From NCBI GenBank assembly GCA_049513695.1, contig JBEKVW010000001.1, positions 1 to 50,885 on the forward strand: a stretch of DNA of 50,885 nt. Direction: 5' to 3'. The notes beneath the pieces were generated by a model. The model had not been told where the DNA came from. It worked only from the letters and a program-made list of their open reading frames with translations, and did no database searches. Shown piece after piece: positions 18,617 to 28,493 of this stretch. Numbering within the stretch: position 1 is the first letter of the stretch; every line of letters starts with the position of its first letter. A program made the translations under genes and the position numbers. Source of the stretch: Dehalococcoidia bacterium (GTDB taxonomy: Bacteria > Chloroflexota > Dehalococcoidia > GIF9 > UBA5629).

Positions 18617-21600
18617 CTATCTTAAAGCTTTGGGTATGTTAATCATTTTCTTCTTATCTTCGAAGAGCTGTATACTCTGGTCTTCCTCGTTGAGCAGCTC
18701 AACAGCCAACCCCAGGCTGCGCAGCTCCATGAAAAGCACCTTGAATGATTCGGGCACGCCGGGCTGGAGCACGTCCTCTCCCTTGACCAGCGCTTCATAG
18801 GCCTTGGCCCTGCCCTGGACATCGTCCGACTTGACCGTCAGAAGCTCCTGCAAGGTATGGCTGGCGCCGTAAGCCTCAAGCGCCCAGACTTCCATCTCGC
18901 CGAAGCGCTGTCCGCCGAACTGGGCTTTGCCGCCCAGAGGTTGCTGCGTAATCAATGAGTAAGGTCCGGTCGACCTTGCGTGCACTTTATCATCCACAAG
19001 ATGTATGAGTTTCATCATATAGATAACGCCCACGGTTACAGGCTGATCGAAGAGATCGCCGGTCTTTCCGTCGCGCAGCTGGATTTTGCCGAAAGTGGGA
19101 GGTACCAGTTTTTTCTCCAGATAAACTTTCTCAACCAGCTCATCCAGATCCTCGTTGCTGATGTTCCTGTCCACGGTCGGCATCCCAATGCCTTTTTCCA
19201 ATTCAAGCCACAGAATAAGACTGGCCCTTCTTGCTTCGCCGCGATATTTGCCGCTCTTATCCAGGACTTTGTCGGCATTAAACACATGCTCGCCCAGCCA
19301 TTTCTTAACGTCGGCCAGGCCCTGGGCATCCAGGCGGTCCTGATTGATTACGCCCTCTTCACGGCACTTCTGCACGATCCATGCCTTGCCCAATTGGTCC
19401 TCGATGGCCAGGTTATCAGCACCGTCAAAAATGGGATTGATAACTTTCTCACCGAATATGTCGGCGGCCAGGCCCAGATGAGTTTCAAGTATCTGGCCTA
19501 TGTTCATACGTGAAGGCACTCCGATGGGATTAAGTACGATGTCAACCGGTCTGCCGTCGGGCAGGAAGGGCATATCCTCTTCGGGAAGAATAATGGATAT
19601 AACGCCCTTATTCCCGTGGCGTCCGGCCATCTTATCTCCCACCGAAATCTTGCGGCGCTGGGCAATCCATACTCGCACCAGCTTAATTACATTGGCCGGT
19701 AAGTCCGCATGGTTATCACCTGAAAATTCTTTTACTTCAATTACCTTGCCGCCCTCTCCATGCGGGACTCTCAGAGAAGTATCTTTAACCTCTCTGGCCT
19801 TCTCGCCAAATATAGCCCGCAGCAATTTCTCTTCCGCCGTTAGCTCGGTCTCGCCTTTGGGTGTAATTTTGCCGACGAGAATGTCGCCTGGGCCTACCTC
19901 GGCGCCAACCCTGACCACACCCTCTTCATCGAGGTCCCTCAGGCTCTCCTCTCCCACATTGGGTATATCCTTGGTAATCTCCTCTTTGCCCAGCTTCGTT
20001 TCACGTGCTTCGACTTCGTATTTTTCAATATGGATGGAGGTGAATTTATCCATCTTGACCAGCCTTTCGCTGATAATGATGGCGTCTTCAAAGTTATATC
20101 CGCGCCATGTCATGAATGCACAGAGTACATTCTGCCCCAGTGCAAGCTCGCCTTCCTGCGTCGCTGCTCCGTCCGCAATGACCTGGCCCTGCTTAATAAC
20201 ATCACCGTGCTTGACTATGGGATGCTGGTTAATACAGGTGCCCTGGTTGGTCCGGTAGAATTTGGTCATCGGATAATCATGTTTTCTGCCGTCGCTTTTA
20301 ATTACGATCTTCCGGCTGTCGACGGCTACAACTTCCCCGTCTTCTCTGGCGTAGACAACCTGGCCGCTGTATTTGGCCACTTCGCTTTCCATGCCAGTTC
20401 CGATAAGCGGAGCCTCGGGTTTGATCAGGGGAACACCCTGCCTCTGCATATTGGAACCCATCAGGGCACGGTTGGCATCGTCGTGCTCCAAGAAGGGTAT
20501 GAGCGCCGTGGTCACACTGAAAACCTGCTTGGGCGAAACATCCATATAGTCGATTTTCTCCGGCGGCTCCATCACATACTTTCCGCTGCGGATAGCGCCG
20601 ATGCGCTCCTCGATAAACTCGTCGCGCGTATTAAGCGGCGCATTGGCCTGCGCTATACATTTATTGGTTTCTTTGTCAGCTGTGAAATATTCGATCTCGT
20701 CCGACACGTAAGGGACAATCTTAATTTTGGTTTTTCCTAAAGACGCCAGCTTCTTGGCCAGAGCTTCATCCACCTGCGTCCCCGCACGGCCGACATTTTT
20801 CTTTTTGCTGTCGTTGACATCCTGTTTCAGAATCCTGCCCACCAGCTTTTTCGAACCATTATCCAGTTCATTGTAAACCTTGCGGTAGGGCGTCTCGATA
20901 AAGCCGAGCGTATCGATCCTGGCATAAGTCGCAAGTGAACCAATAAGACCGATGTTAGGACCTTCAGGAGTCTCGATGGGACAGATCTTACCGTAGTGCG
21001 AATGGTGCACATCGCGCACGTCGAAGCCCGCACGTTCACGGGATAGGCCGCCGGGGCCCATGGCCGACAGTCTGCGCTTATGGGTAAGTTCCGCCAGGGG
21101 GTTGGTCTGGTCCATGAACTGCGATAGTTGTGAACCACCGAAGAATTCTCTCATAGAAGCGATGATGGGCCTGTTATTAATAAGGTTGGCGGGTGTGGGA
21201 TCATCGCTCTGCAGGCTCATGCGCTCTTTGATGGTCCTCTCCAGGCGGATAAGTCCAACCCTGAACTGGTTTTGAATCAAATGGCCGGTCGTCCTCACCC
21301 TGCGATTGCCCAGATGATCGATATCATCCGGTTGCAACCTTTCATTGTTTATCTGAATGATCTTGCGGATGATTTCCACCATGTCGCGCGGCTTGAGCGC
21401 ACGCGAAGTCACATGATAGCCACGCTCTTCGTATTCCAGCCGTTTATTCAGCTTGAATCTCCCGATGCGCCCCAGGTCGTAGCGGCGCGGGTGAAAGAAC
21501 ATATTAATGATAAGGCTCTTGGCACTCTCGCCGTCAGGCGGCTCGCCCGGGCGAAGCTTTTTATAGATATCGATCAGCGATTCTTTTTTCGTCCTTATCG

Positions 21601-22339
21601 ATTCGGGCTCTTTATCTACGGTCGCCTGGATATATTTATGGTCCGGGTTATCATCGTCATCCTTAAAAAGGTCCAAAATCTTTTCATCCGTCTCACAATC
21701 TAAAGCATCTTCCGGATCACCCTCGCCACTGATAGCGCGCAGCAAAGTGGTGACAGCTATTTTTCTTCTGCCGTCGATTTTGGCCCAGATTACGTCTTTG
21801 CTGGATGTTTCAAACTCAAGCCAGGCACCGTGTTCCGGTATCAGCTTGGCGTAGCACAGCCTGCGTCCGCTCTCCTCAACGGTTGTGGTAAAGTACACGC
21901 CTGGCGAACGAATCAATTGGTTTACCACTACCCTCTCGGCGCCGCTGATGATAAAGGTACCGTTCTCCGTCATCAAGGGTATCTCGCCCAGAAAGACCTC
22001 CTGTTCCTTTATCTCGCCCGTTTCCTTTATTAATAGATTGGCACGGACGTAAAGATTGGACTGGTAAGTCATGTCCCTCTGGCGACACTCGGCCACATCG
22101 TAAGTGGGAGGACGGAACTCGTATCCTGTAAAGGAAAGCTCCATCTTACCGCCGGTAAAATCTTTGATGGGCGATACTTCCTGAAGCAGGTCCTTGATCC
22201 CCTCCTCCATGAACCACCTGAATGAGTCCAGCTGAACCTGAATAAGGTTGGGTATCTCCAGCACCTGGGGCAAACGGGCGTAATTTTTACTCTTAACTAT
22301 GGGTAGATATTGATTCTCTTTGGCTGCAGAAACGGACAT
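18617..22339 (-). CDS. rpoB: DNA-directed RNA polymerase subunit beta
   Basis: 1240 aa. [13 protein letters not shown] and [16 protein letters not shown]. Separated from rpoC by 9 nt. Confidence 0.98.
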   Translation of the reverse strand: MSVSAAKENQYLPIVKSKNYARLPQVLEIPNLIQVQLDSFRWFMEEGIKDLLQEVSPIKDFTGGKMELSFTGYEFRPPTYDVAECRQRDMTYQSNLYVRANLLIKETGEIKEQEVFLGEIPLMTENGTFIISGAERVVVNQLIRSPGVYFTTTVEESGRRLCYAKLIPEHGAWLEFETSSKDVIWAKIDGRRKIAVTTLLRAISGEGDPEDALDCETDEKILDLFKDDDDNPDHKYIQATVDKEPESIRTKKESLIDIYKKLRPGEPPDGESAKSLIINMFFHPRRYDLGRIGRFKLNKRLEYEERGYHVTSRALKPRDMVEIIRKIIQINNERLQPDDIDHLGNRRVRTTGHLIQNQFRVGLIRLERTIKERMSLQSDDPTPANLINNRPIIASMREFFGGSQLSQFMDQTNPLAELTHKRRLSAMGPGGLSRERAGFDVRDVHHSHYGKICPIETPEGPNIGLIGSLATYARIDTLGFIETPYRKVYNELDNGSKKLVGRILKQDVNDSKKKNVGRAGTQVDEALAKKLASLGKTKIKIVPYVSDEIEYFTADKETNKCIAQANAPLNTRDEFIEERIGAIRSGKYVMEPPEKIDYMDVSPKQVFSVTTALIPFLEHDDANRALMGSNMQRQGVPLIKPEAPLIGTGMESEVAKYSGQVVYAREDGEVVAVDSRKIVIKSDGRKHDYPMTKFYRTNQGTCINQHPIVKHGDVIKQGQVIADGAATQEGELALGQNVLCAFMTWRGYNFEDAIIISERLVKMDKFTSIHIEKYEVEARETKLGKEEITKDIPNVGEESLRDLDEEGVVRVGAEVGPGDILVGKITPKGETELTAEEKLLRAIFGEKAREVKDTSLRVPHGEGGKVIEVKEFSGDNHADLPANVIKLVRVWIAQRRKISVGDKMAGRHGNKGVISIILPEEDMPFLPDGRPVDIVLNPIGVPSRMNIGQILETHLGLAADIFGEKVINPIFDGADNLAIEDQLGKAWIVQKCREEGVINQDRLDAQGLADVKKWLGEHVFNADKVLDKSGKYRGEARRASLILWLELEKGIGMPTVDRNISNEDLDELVEKVYLEKKLVPPTFGKIQLRDGKTGDLFDQPVTVGVIYMMKLIHLVDDKVHARSTGPYSLITQQPLGGKAQFGGQRFGEMEVWALEAYGASHTLQELLTVKSDDVQGRAKAYEALVKGEDVLQPGVPESFKVLFMELRSLGLAVELLNEEDQSIQLFEDKKKMINIPKALR

Positions 22340-22474
22340 ATCTTCTCCTGTCGTGCAAATTCCCGATCGGTTGCGAACTGATTGACAAATTAATTAACAA
22401 TTGATACGCGCGGACTATTTATGCGGGAACTAATATTACTGTCATAGGTTGGAACGGCATGATCGCAAATTTGT

Positions 22475-22503
22475 AGTATAACAATAATTCTCTTTTTTGT
22501 CAA
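22475..22503 (-). promoter_or_regulatory. Predicted sigma70 promoter of rpoBC
   Basis: Minus strand reads TTGACA (22503-22498), a 17-nt spacer, then TATACT (22480-22475). This implies a 5' UTR of about 130 nt before the ATG at 22339 (SD AGGAGAAG). Confidence 0.6.
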
Positions 22504-22640
22504 ATGGAGAATCACTACTATTTAACACATTCGATTTAATTGGATTTTGTTGGGGCAGGCCGATTTTATATGACAGCCACAGTATCCGATAGTGTATAAT
22601 ACCTTCAGCATATATATATAAATGATAGCAGAATAACCAT

Positions 22641-23969
22641 ATGACAGTAAATAGGCTTGAACTATTTCCCTTAACGGTTCAGATAAGCAAGAAGAGTGAT
22701 CATCTAACGATAGGCGGCTGCGACTGCACCGACCTGCTGAAAAAATACGGCTCTCCACTTTACGTCTTCGATGAGGCTACGATAAGAAGTATCTGCAGGG
22801 AATTTGCTGGAGAGTTCGGCTCGCGCCATCGGAATTGCGTGGTAGCCTACGCATCGAAAGCTTTTATCAGCAGGCCGCTGGCGAAAATATTGAAAGAAGA
22901 GGGATTGGGCATGGACACGGTGTCCGGCGGAGAGATAAGCGTGGCCCAGTCCGTTGATTTTCCGGCTGATAAGGTGTTTTTTCACGGCAATAATAAGAGC
23001 GAAAACGAGCTCAAAATGGCACTGGACTGGGGCTTAGGCCGCATCGCCGTAGACAATTTTTACGAGCTCGAACTGCTTAACCGGCTGGCCGCCGGTAAGC
23101 CCACAAGGGCGAACATACTTCTGCGGCTCAATCCAAGCGTGGATCCGCATACGCACCGTCACACGACTACAGGTATACTGGACAGTAAATTCGGCTTCCC
23201 CATCGGCACCGGCCAGGCCGAGAAAGCGGTCAAGTCGGCCATGTCTATGAAAAACATCTCTCTGAAGGGCCTGCACTTCCATCTGGGTTCCCCTATTGAC
23301 GATACCGAACCTTACAGGCAAGGGATGGAAATTGTGCTCAAGTTCGCCGCTGAGATGAAATCACGCTATTCATTTATTATGCATGATTTCAGCCCGGGCG
23401 GCGGATTCGCCGTCAGGTACACCACATCGTCGGAGATTCCACCGGTCTCCGCCTATGCCGAAACCATCACAGGGCAACTAGCTTTTTGGACTTCCCGGTT
23501 GGGTCTGGCCAAGCCCAGGCTGATCGTGGAGCCGGGACGCAGCATAATAGCAAAAGCCGGAGTAGCCCTGTACACAATAGGCTCAATTAAGGAAATACCC
23601 GAAGTGAGGACATACGTCTGCGTAGACGGAGGTATGGGCGACAATATCAGGCCGGCTTTATACGAGTCCAAGTATGAGGCAGTCCTGGCTAATAAAGTCA
23701 CAGCCCGTCCGTCCAAAAAAATTACGATTGCCGGCAGGTACTGCGAGTCAGGGGATATATTGATAAAAGATATCGCTATGCCCGAAATAGCTTCCGGCGA
23801 CATAATAGCCATCCCGGTATGCGGCGCATACTGCATTCCTATGTCAAGCAACTATAATATGGTCCCACACCCTGCTATTGCTATGGTCAAAGATGGAAAA
23901 GCCAGGATCATACGTAAAAGGCAGAAATATTCGGACCTTATGAAATACGACGTCATGGGTAAAGCATAA
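22641..23969 (+). CDS. lysA: Diaminopimelate decarboxylase
   Basis: 442 aa. GSPLYVFDE, the PLP-lysine region VAYASKAF, HFHLGS, PGGGFAV and CESGD. An extended -10 (TGTATAAT) sits about 40 nt upstream. Confidence 0.92.
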   Translation: MTVNRLELFPLTVQISKKSDHLTIGGCDCTDLLKKYGSPLYVFDEATIRSICREFAGEFGSRHRNCVVAYASKAFISRPLAKILKEEGLGMDTVSGGEISVAQSVDFPADKVFFHGNNKSENELKMALDWGLGRIAVDNFYELELLNRLAAGKPTRANILLRLNPSVDPHTHRHTTTGILDSKFGFPIGTGQAEKAVKSAMSMKNISLKGLHFHLGSPIDDTEPYRQGMEIVLKFAAEMKSRYSFIMHDFSPGGGFAVRYTTSSEIPPVSAYAETITGQLAFWTSRLGLAKPRLIVEPGRSIIAKAGVALYTIGSIKEIPEVRTYVCVDGGMGDNIRPALYESKYEAVLANKVTARPSKKITIAGRYCESGDILIKDIAMPEIASGDIIAIPVCGAYCIPMSSNYNMVPHPAIAMVKDGKARIIRKRQKYSDLMKYDVMGKA

Positions 23970-25007
23970 ATGTGGCAAACCGCCGGCCAGGACCGGATCA
24001 TTAAAATAATCAAGGATTCCATCGAACTCCGCTCACTGGCACATGCTTATCTCTTCGTCGGACCGGCTCACGTGGGCAAAATGACCTTAGCTCTGGACCT
24101 GGCCAGGGCCTTGAATTGCAATAGCAGCACACCCCCCTGTGGCTCCTGCCATGCCTGCCAGCGTATCGGGCAAGGAAAATATCCCGATGTGATCATTATC
24201 GATAAAAATGCCGGCCGCGACCCGAAGGATCGTAAAAAGGCTACTGAAATCAGCATAGATACCATCAGAGAATTGATGCAGCGCGGCTCCAATTTGCCTC
24301 CTTATGAAGGTAAATACAAAGTATTCATCATAGATGACGCCGATTTAATGTCGGAAGAGGCCGCCAACTGCCTGCTCAAAACACTGGAGGAGCCACCCCC
24401 TTATATACTGATTATCCTGCTTACGGCCGAAGAGCATAAGTTGTTGCCGACCGTGCTCTCAAGGTGCCAAAGGTTCGAACTTAAACCTGTAGCCGTACCG
24501 GAGATAGAGAAAAAGCTGTCACCCCGGGAAGGTGTCCCTGCAGAAAAGATCAAGTTATTAGCCAGGCTGTCGGGCGGATGTTTGGGCTGGGCTTTGAATG
24601 CGCTGGACGACGAAGGATATCTTATGAACCGCAAAGACAGGTTGTCTGAATTCATTTCGCTCATAGGGCAGAACTGGGACGAGCGACTCTTGTATGTGCA
24701 GCAGTTGCCTTCCGACAGGAACAGTGCTGAAGAGGTCCTGAAGCTATGGATATTATGGTGTCGCGACGTTCTGCTGGTAAAATATAATTGTGAAGGAGCG
24801 GTCATCAATATAGACTGCGTACAGGATCTTAAAGCCTGGGCCAACATGATGACCGTGCCTGAAATAAAGGAATTTATCGATTGTTTAGGCAGGGCTATTG
24901 TCAATTTAAATCGCAATGTGAATCTGCACTTACTGTTTGAAGTAATAATGCTCGATATGCCGAGAAAGGAGAAGCGGGGCGAATTCGTAATCAATTCCTC
25001 CCGTTGA
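23970..25007 (+). CDS. holB: DNA polymerase III subunit delta-prime
   Basis: 345 aa. HAYLFVGPAHVGKMTLA, zinc module CGSCHACQ, LLKTLEEPP and SRCQRF. Its ATG abuts the lysA stop. Confidence 0.9.
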   Translation: MWQTAGQDRIIKIIKDSIELRSLAHAYLFVGPAHVGKMTLALDLARALNCNSSTPPCGSCHACQRIGQGKYPDVIIIDKNAGRDPKDRKKATEISIDTIRELMQRGSNLPPYEGKYKVFIIDDADLMSEEAANCLLKTLEEPPPYILIILLTAEEHKLLPTVLSRCQRFELKPVAVPEIEKKLSPREGVPAEKIKLLARLSGGCLGWALNALDDEGYLMNRKDRLSEFISLIGQNWDERLLYVQQLPSDRNSAEEVLKLWILWCRDVLLVKYNCEGAVINIDCVQDLKAWANMMTVPEIKEFIDCLGRAIVNLNRNVNLHLLFEVIMLDMPRKEKRGEFVINSSR

Positions 25008-25015
25008 CATAAATA

Positions 25016-25828
25016 ATGGCAATTATAGTTGGAGTGCGCTTTACCCAGGCCGGGAAGATATACCACTTTAATACGGCCGGTATGAGTCTCAAGTTGAATG
25101 ACCTGGTGGTAGTCGAAACCAACCGCGGCCTGGAGCTTGGAAAGGTCGTAGTGGCCGCCAAAGAAATCGCCACCGAAGAAAACGCTGAGCCGTACAAGCC
25201 TATTATCCGCATGGCGACGCCGGAAGATATTTCACAGGCGGAACATCAACGGGGGCGGGCCATAAAAGCCCTGTCTAAAAGCAAGGAACTGATAGAAAGT
25301 CTCAATCTGCCGATGAAGGCCATCTACGCACAATATAATCTGGACGGCAGCCATCTCATCGTATTTTTCTATTCCGAGAAGAGGATCGATTTCCGCGAAC
25401 TTGTCCGTAAGATTAGCCACGAGCTGAGGACACATGTGGAGCTAAGGCAAGTCGGCGCTCGAGATGAGGCAAAACTGATCGGAGGGGTAGGCAAGTGCGG
25501 ATGCCAGTTATGCTGCGTCTCATTCTTGAACGAATTTGTGCCTGTTTCCATCAAGATGGCCAAGGAACAGGATATTGCCCTCAACCCTATGAAGACGTCC
25601 GGCCTGTGCGGCCGCCTGCTTTGCTGCCTGGGCTATGAATACGATCAATACCGTGACATGAAATGTAAATTGCCCGACATCGGACAGGAAATTCATACCA
25701 AGATGGGAAGGGCCAAGATAGTGGGAAGAAATGTAATTAAGGAAACGTTTATGGCCGAACTCGAAACTGGCGTAACAATTGAAGTCCCTATCAATGAAGC
25801 AGTCTTGATAAATCCGTCAGGGACTTAA
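25016..25828 (+). CDS. ricT: PSP1 domain protein / RicT (YaaT)-like regulatory Fe-S complex subunit
   Basis: 270 aa. PSP1 C-terminal region with Cys clusters GKCGCQLCCVSFL and GLCGRLLCCLGYE. The conserved holB-yaaT gene order is present. Confidence 0.85.
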   Translation: MAIIVGVRFTQAGKIYHFNTAGMSLKLNDLVVVETNRGLELGKVVVAAKEIATEENAEPYKPIIRMATPEDISQAEHQRGRAIKALSKSKELIESLNLPMKAIYAQYNLDGSHLIVFFYSEKRIDFRELVRKISHELRTHVELRQVGARDEAKLIGGVGKCGCQLCCVSFLNEFVPVSIKMAKEQDIALNPMKTSGLCGRLLCCLGYEYDQYRDMKCKLPDIGQEIHTKMGRAKIVGRNVIKETFMAELETGVTIEVPINEAVLINPSGT

Positions 25829-25835
25829 GAGACTG

Positions 25836-26402
25836 CTACCTGGCATGCGGCAGATATTTCTGCCACTCCTCACGGGCTCTTAAGTATTGATAAGGTATAT
25901 AGAAACCTATGTTTCCAGGCGCCCGCGGCTGTCTCAATAACGGCATACCTGCCTCGGAGGGCGTCCTCCCCGCCTTGCGCCTGTTACAGGGTATACAGGC
26001 GGCCACAATATTCTCCCAGGTATGCTCGCCTTTGCGCCGCCTGGGAATAACATGGTCAAGGGTTAGCTCTTTGCCCTCCCTGCCGCAATACTGGCAGGTA
26101 TATTTATCCCTGTTGAATATCTCCAGTTTGGTCATTTTGCGGGGATGGGAATGTTTGCGTACCAGATATATCAGCCTGATTACGGATGGTATCTCATAAC
26201 TGCCGGAGCTGGCGGCAAAATACCCGCGCCCGTTCTCCACTACCTCCGCCTTGCCAACCAGGACAAGCACCACCGCCCTGCGAACTCTGCAAATGTTCAA
26301 AGGCAGGTAGTTCTCATTTAAAACTAAAACAGGTTGGTTAATTATAATATCGTTCACTTTCGTGTCAGAAAATATTTTAACAGGAAATAAAAGCAGCCTC
26401 AA
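25836..26402 (-). CDS. HNH endonuclease family protein
   Basis: 188 aa (start uncertain; a GTG at about 26356 is an alternative). HNH motif CQYCGREGKELTLDHVIPRRRKGEHTWENIVAACIPCNRRK. N-terminal region VLVLNENYLPLNICRVRRAV. Lies 19 nt downstream of the loader gene on the same strand. Confidence 0.85.
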   Translation of the reverse strand: MRLLLFPVKIFSDTKVNDIIINQPVLVLNENYLPLNICRVRRAVVLVLVGKAEVVENGRGYFAASSGSYEIPSVIRLIYLVRKHSHPRKMTKLEIFNRDKYTCQYCGREGKELTLDHVIPRRRKGEHTWENIVAACIPCNRRKAGRTPSEAGMPLLRQPRAPGNIGFYIPYQYLRAREEWQKYLPHAR

Positions 26403-26421
26403 AAAAGGGGGGGCTGATTTG

Positions 26422-27834
26422 CTAGTTCCTGGTCTTGGAGCGATTGCGGGGGGACCTGCTGGTCTTCAAGTCGCCGCGGTAATCCGGCGCAATGATTCCA
26501 AAGACCAGGCTTATGCTGGGATCAACCATACGCGAGCTTACCCTGCTCTCTATCTCCTCGAGGTTTAAACAGGTTGTGATGACAGTGGCCAGCCGTGCGT
26601 TATAGCGATAGTTGATCAACTGATAGAGCTTTTCCTGCGCCCACGGTGTGGCCGAATGTTCGCCGAAATCGTCCAGTATCAGAACAGGTATCTTCTTAAT
26701 TTTTTCGAAAAGGGCATCATATGAAACGCGGCTTTCAGGGCTGAAAGAAGACCGGAGATGGTCGAGGAGGTCCGAAACAACAATAAAAAGTACCTGCTTT
26801 CCCGATTCACGCAACTGGTTGGCTATGGCTGCCGCCAGATGCGTCTTGCCGCAGCCGTTGAGTCCCTGTATTACCAGCCACCCCTGTGGAGACCTGGCAA
26901 ACTCACGGGCGTTGTTGAAGACCAGTTCGAGGTTCTGCCTGACTTCCTCCGGCAGGCTGAGCCTTTTGCAATCAAAGTTGTCGAACCTCATGTTTTTCAA
27001 GAGCTCGAGGTCCAGGCTATCCAGGCTCTGCAGACTGGACGACTCTTTCTTAAGTATGAGTACCTTGCTGACCTCAGGATCGTTGATATGTCCGGCATAA
27101 TCATTGTCAAACTCTTCGACGGCCATACTGGTAGTAATCAAGGTGGGCAACCTGCTATTGAAGCGATGCTCCAATAACTGGTCAAGCTTGCCTTTGGACC
27201 AGGCCGTAGTACCTGAATAGTTTAAATTATCCAGGATGAGCAGTTGACTGTCCTTAATCTGCTCGAAAAGCTCATCGTACTCAATCTCACTATTAGGATT
27301 AAAGGCCGACCTCAGGTGATCGAGTAACTCGGAGACGGTTATATAGAATGCCGGATAGCCCTGATCTATGCGGAAGTTGGCTACTGCACAGGCCATATGG
27401 GTTTTACCGCTGCCGACCGGCCCTACCAAAACGATCCATCCCTGTGGCTTTTCGGCAAACTTATGTATCTCATCCAGTGCAAGCTGGAAAAGCTTCTGAG
27501 AGACGGGCGAATTACTTCGGCCGGCGGGCAGCAGGTTCTCGAAGGTCAGATCGGAAAGGCTGCCCAGGTTGCTGAGGGACTGAAGTCGCGATGCCCGCTT
27601 TTTGGCGGATTCCTGACGTGCGCAAACACAGGGTATCAAGCGGCCGTAGTCAGGCTCTCCGGAAGGCATCAAGGGATGGACGAACTTAGTCCCGTGGCAT
27701 TGGGGGCACTCGCCCTGTTTTTCAGTGCCTGCGGCCGGTGTGTCAGGACTATCGCTGGACCATGTGTCCGTATTTTCCCTTGAAGAATCTGTCGGGATCT
27801 CTTTCTTTCCGAGAATCTCCGAGATGTTTTCCAT
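26422..27834 (-). CDS. Tandem-duplicated DnaC/DnaI(IstB)-like AAA+ ATPase with N-terminal zinc ribbon; putative replicative helicase loader
   Basis: 470 aa. CPQCHG...CVCARQ ribbon. Two full AAA+ modules with Walker A GPVGSGKTH and GLNGCGKTH, and Walker B LLILDN and VLILDD. Operon context with dnaB and a dnaD-like gene. Confidence 0.8.
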   Translation of the reverse strand: MENISEILGKKEIPTDSSRENTDTWSSDSPDTPAAGTEKQGECPQCHGTKFVHPLMPSGEPDYGRLIPCVCARQESAKKRASRLQSLSNLGSLSDLTFENLLPAGRSNSPVSQKLFQLALDEIHKFAEKPQGWIVLVGPVGSGKTHMACAVANFRIDQGYPAFYITVSELLDHLRSAFNPNSEIEYDELFEQIKDSQLLILDNLNYSGTTAWSKGKLDQLLEHRFNSRLPTLITTSMAVEEFDNDYAGHINDPEVSKVLILKKESSSLQSLDSLDLELLKNMRFDNFDCKRLSLPEEVRQNLELVFNNAREFARSPQGWLVIQGLNGCGKTHLAAAIANQLRESGKQVLFIVVSDLLDHLRSSFSPESRVSYDALFEKIKKIPVLILDDFGEHSATPWAQEKLYQLINYRYNARLATVITTCLNLEEIESRVSSRMVDPSISLVFGIIAPDYRGDLKTSRSPRNRSKTRN

Positions 27835-28471
27835 CTTTTTTTCCTTCTCTTTCCCAGCGCTTCAAAATGCTGTGGATGTATTTCCAATTTCGTACGTTAG
27901 CCCTGATTGCTTCCTTAAAGGCATCCTGTATCCAATCTGCCGGGTATTTATGCTCGGCCTCCTGAAGTTCCTCTGCAATAATAGGCGTGAGCATCCCGAT
28001 ATTTTGTTCGTAGAGATTATATATATCGGAAGGTTGTTCACGTACGGATTCCTCTATTTTTCTTATATTAATGTTGGGTATCTTCAATGTACCGCTTTCT
28101 ATTTTCGCTATAGTCTCCCTTTCGGACTGATTATTAATGAAGTAAGCATCGTCGTGCTGGCCACTTGCTTCTATGGGAACGTGAAGCAGTATACCCTGCT
28201 TAACCGCCAGGTCAAGCGCTTCCCTTAGCAGGTCGCCTGATTTGCCCGGCAAAGAGAACAGTCCCTTCATCAATACAGGGTCATTGATTAACTCCTTGTA
28301 ACTGACAAACCGGGGATAACCCTTCCTTCTGCTCAACAGGAATAATATCTGCATAACCGCCTTGGCTTCGGCCAGGTTTTCAATGGCCGGCAATACCTCG
28401 GTAAAAAAAATGTTGGGCAGGGGTGTAACCTCGGCCCTGGCCGGAAAACCCTTGAAACTGTTTTCGCTCAT
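27749..28471 (-). CDS. DnaD domain-containing replication protein
   Basis: 240 aa. C-terminal DnaD-type domain IYNLYEQNIGMLTPIIAEELQEAEHKYPADWIQDAFKEAIRANVRNWKYIHSILKRW. Basic and aromatic tail FFKGKYGHMVQR. Confidence 0.8.
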   Translation of the reverse strand: MSENSFKGFPARAEVTPLPNIFFTEVLPAIENLAEAKAVMQILFLLSRRKGYPRFVSYKELINDPVLMKGLFSLPGKSGDLLREALDLAVKQGILLHVPIEASGQHDDAYFINNQSERETIAKIESGTLKIPNINIRKIEESVREQPSDIYNLYEQNIGMLTPIIAEELQEAEHKYPADWIQDAFKEAIRANVRNWKYIHSILKRWEREGKKDGKHLGDSRKERDPDRFFKGKYGHMVQR

Positions 28472-28493
28472 AGTCTGATCACCCGGGAAATAA

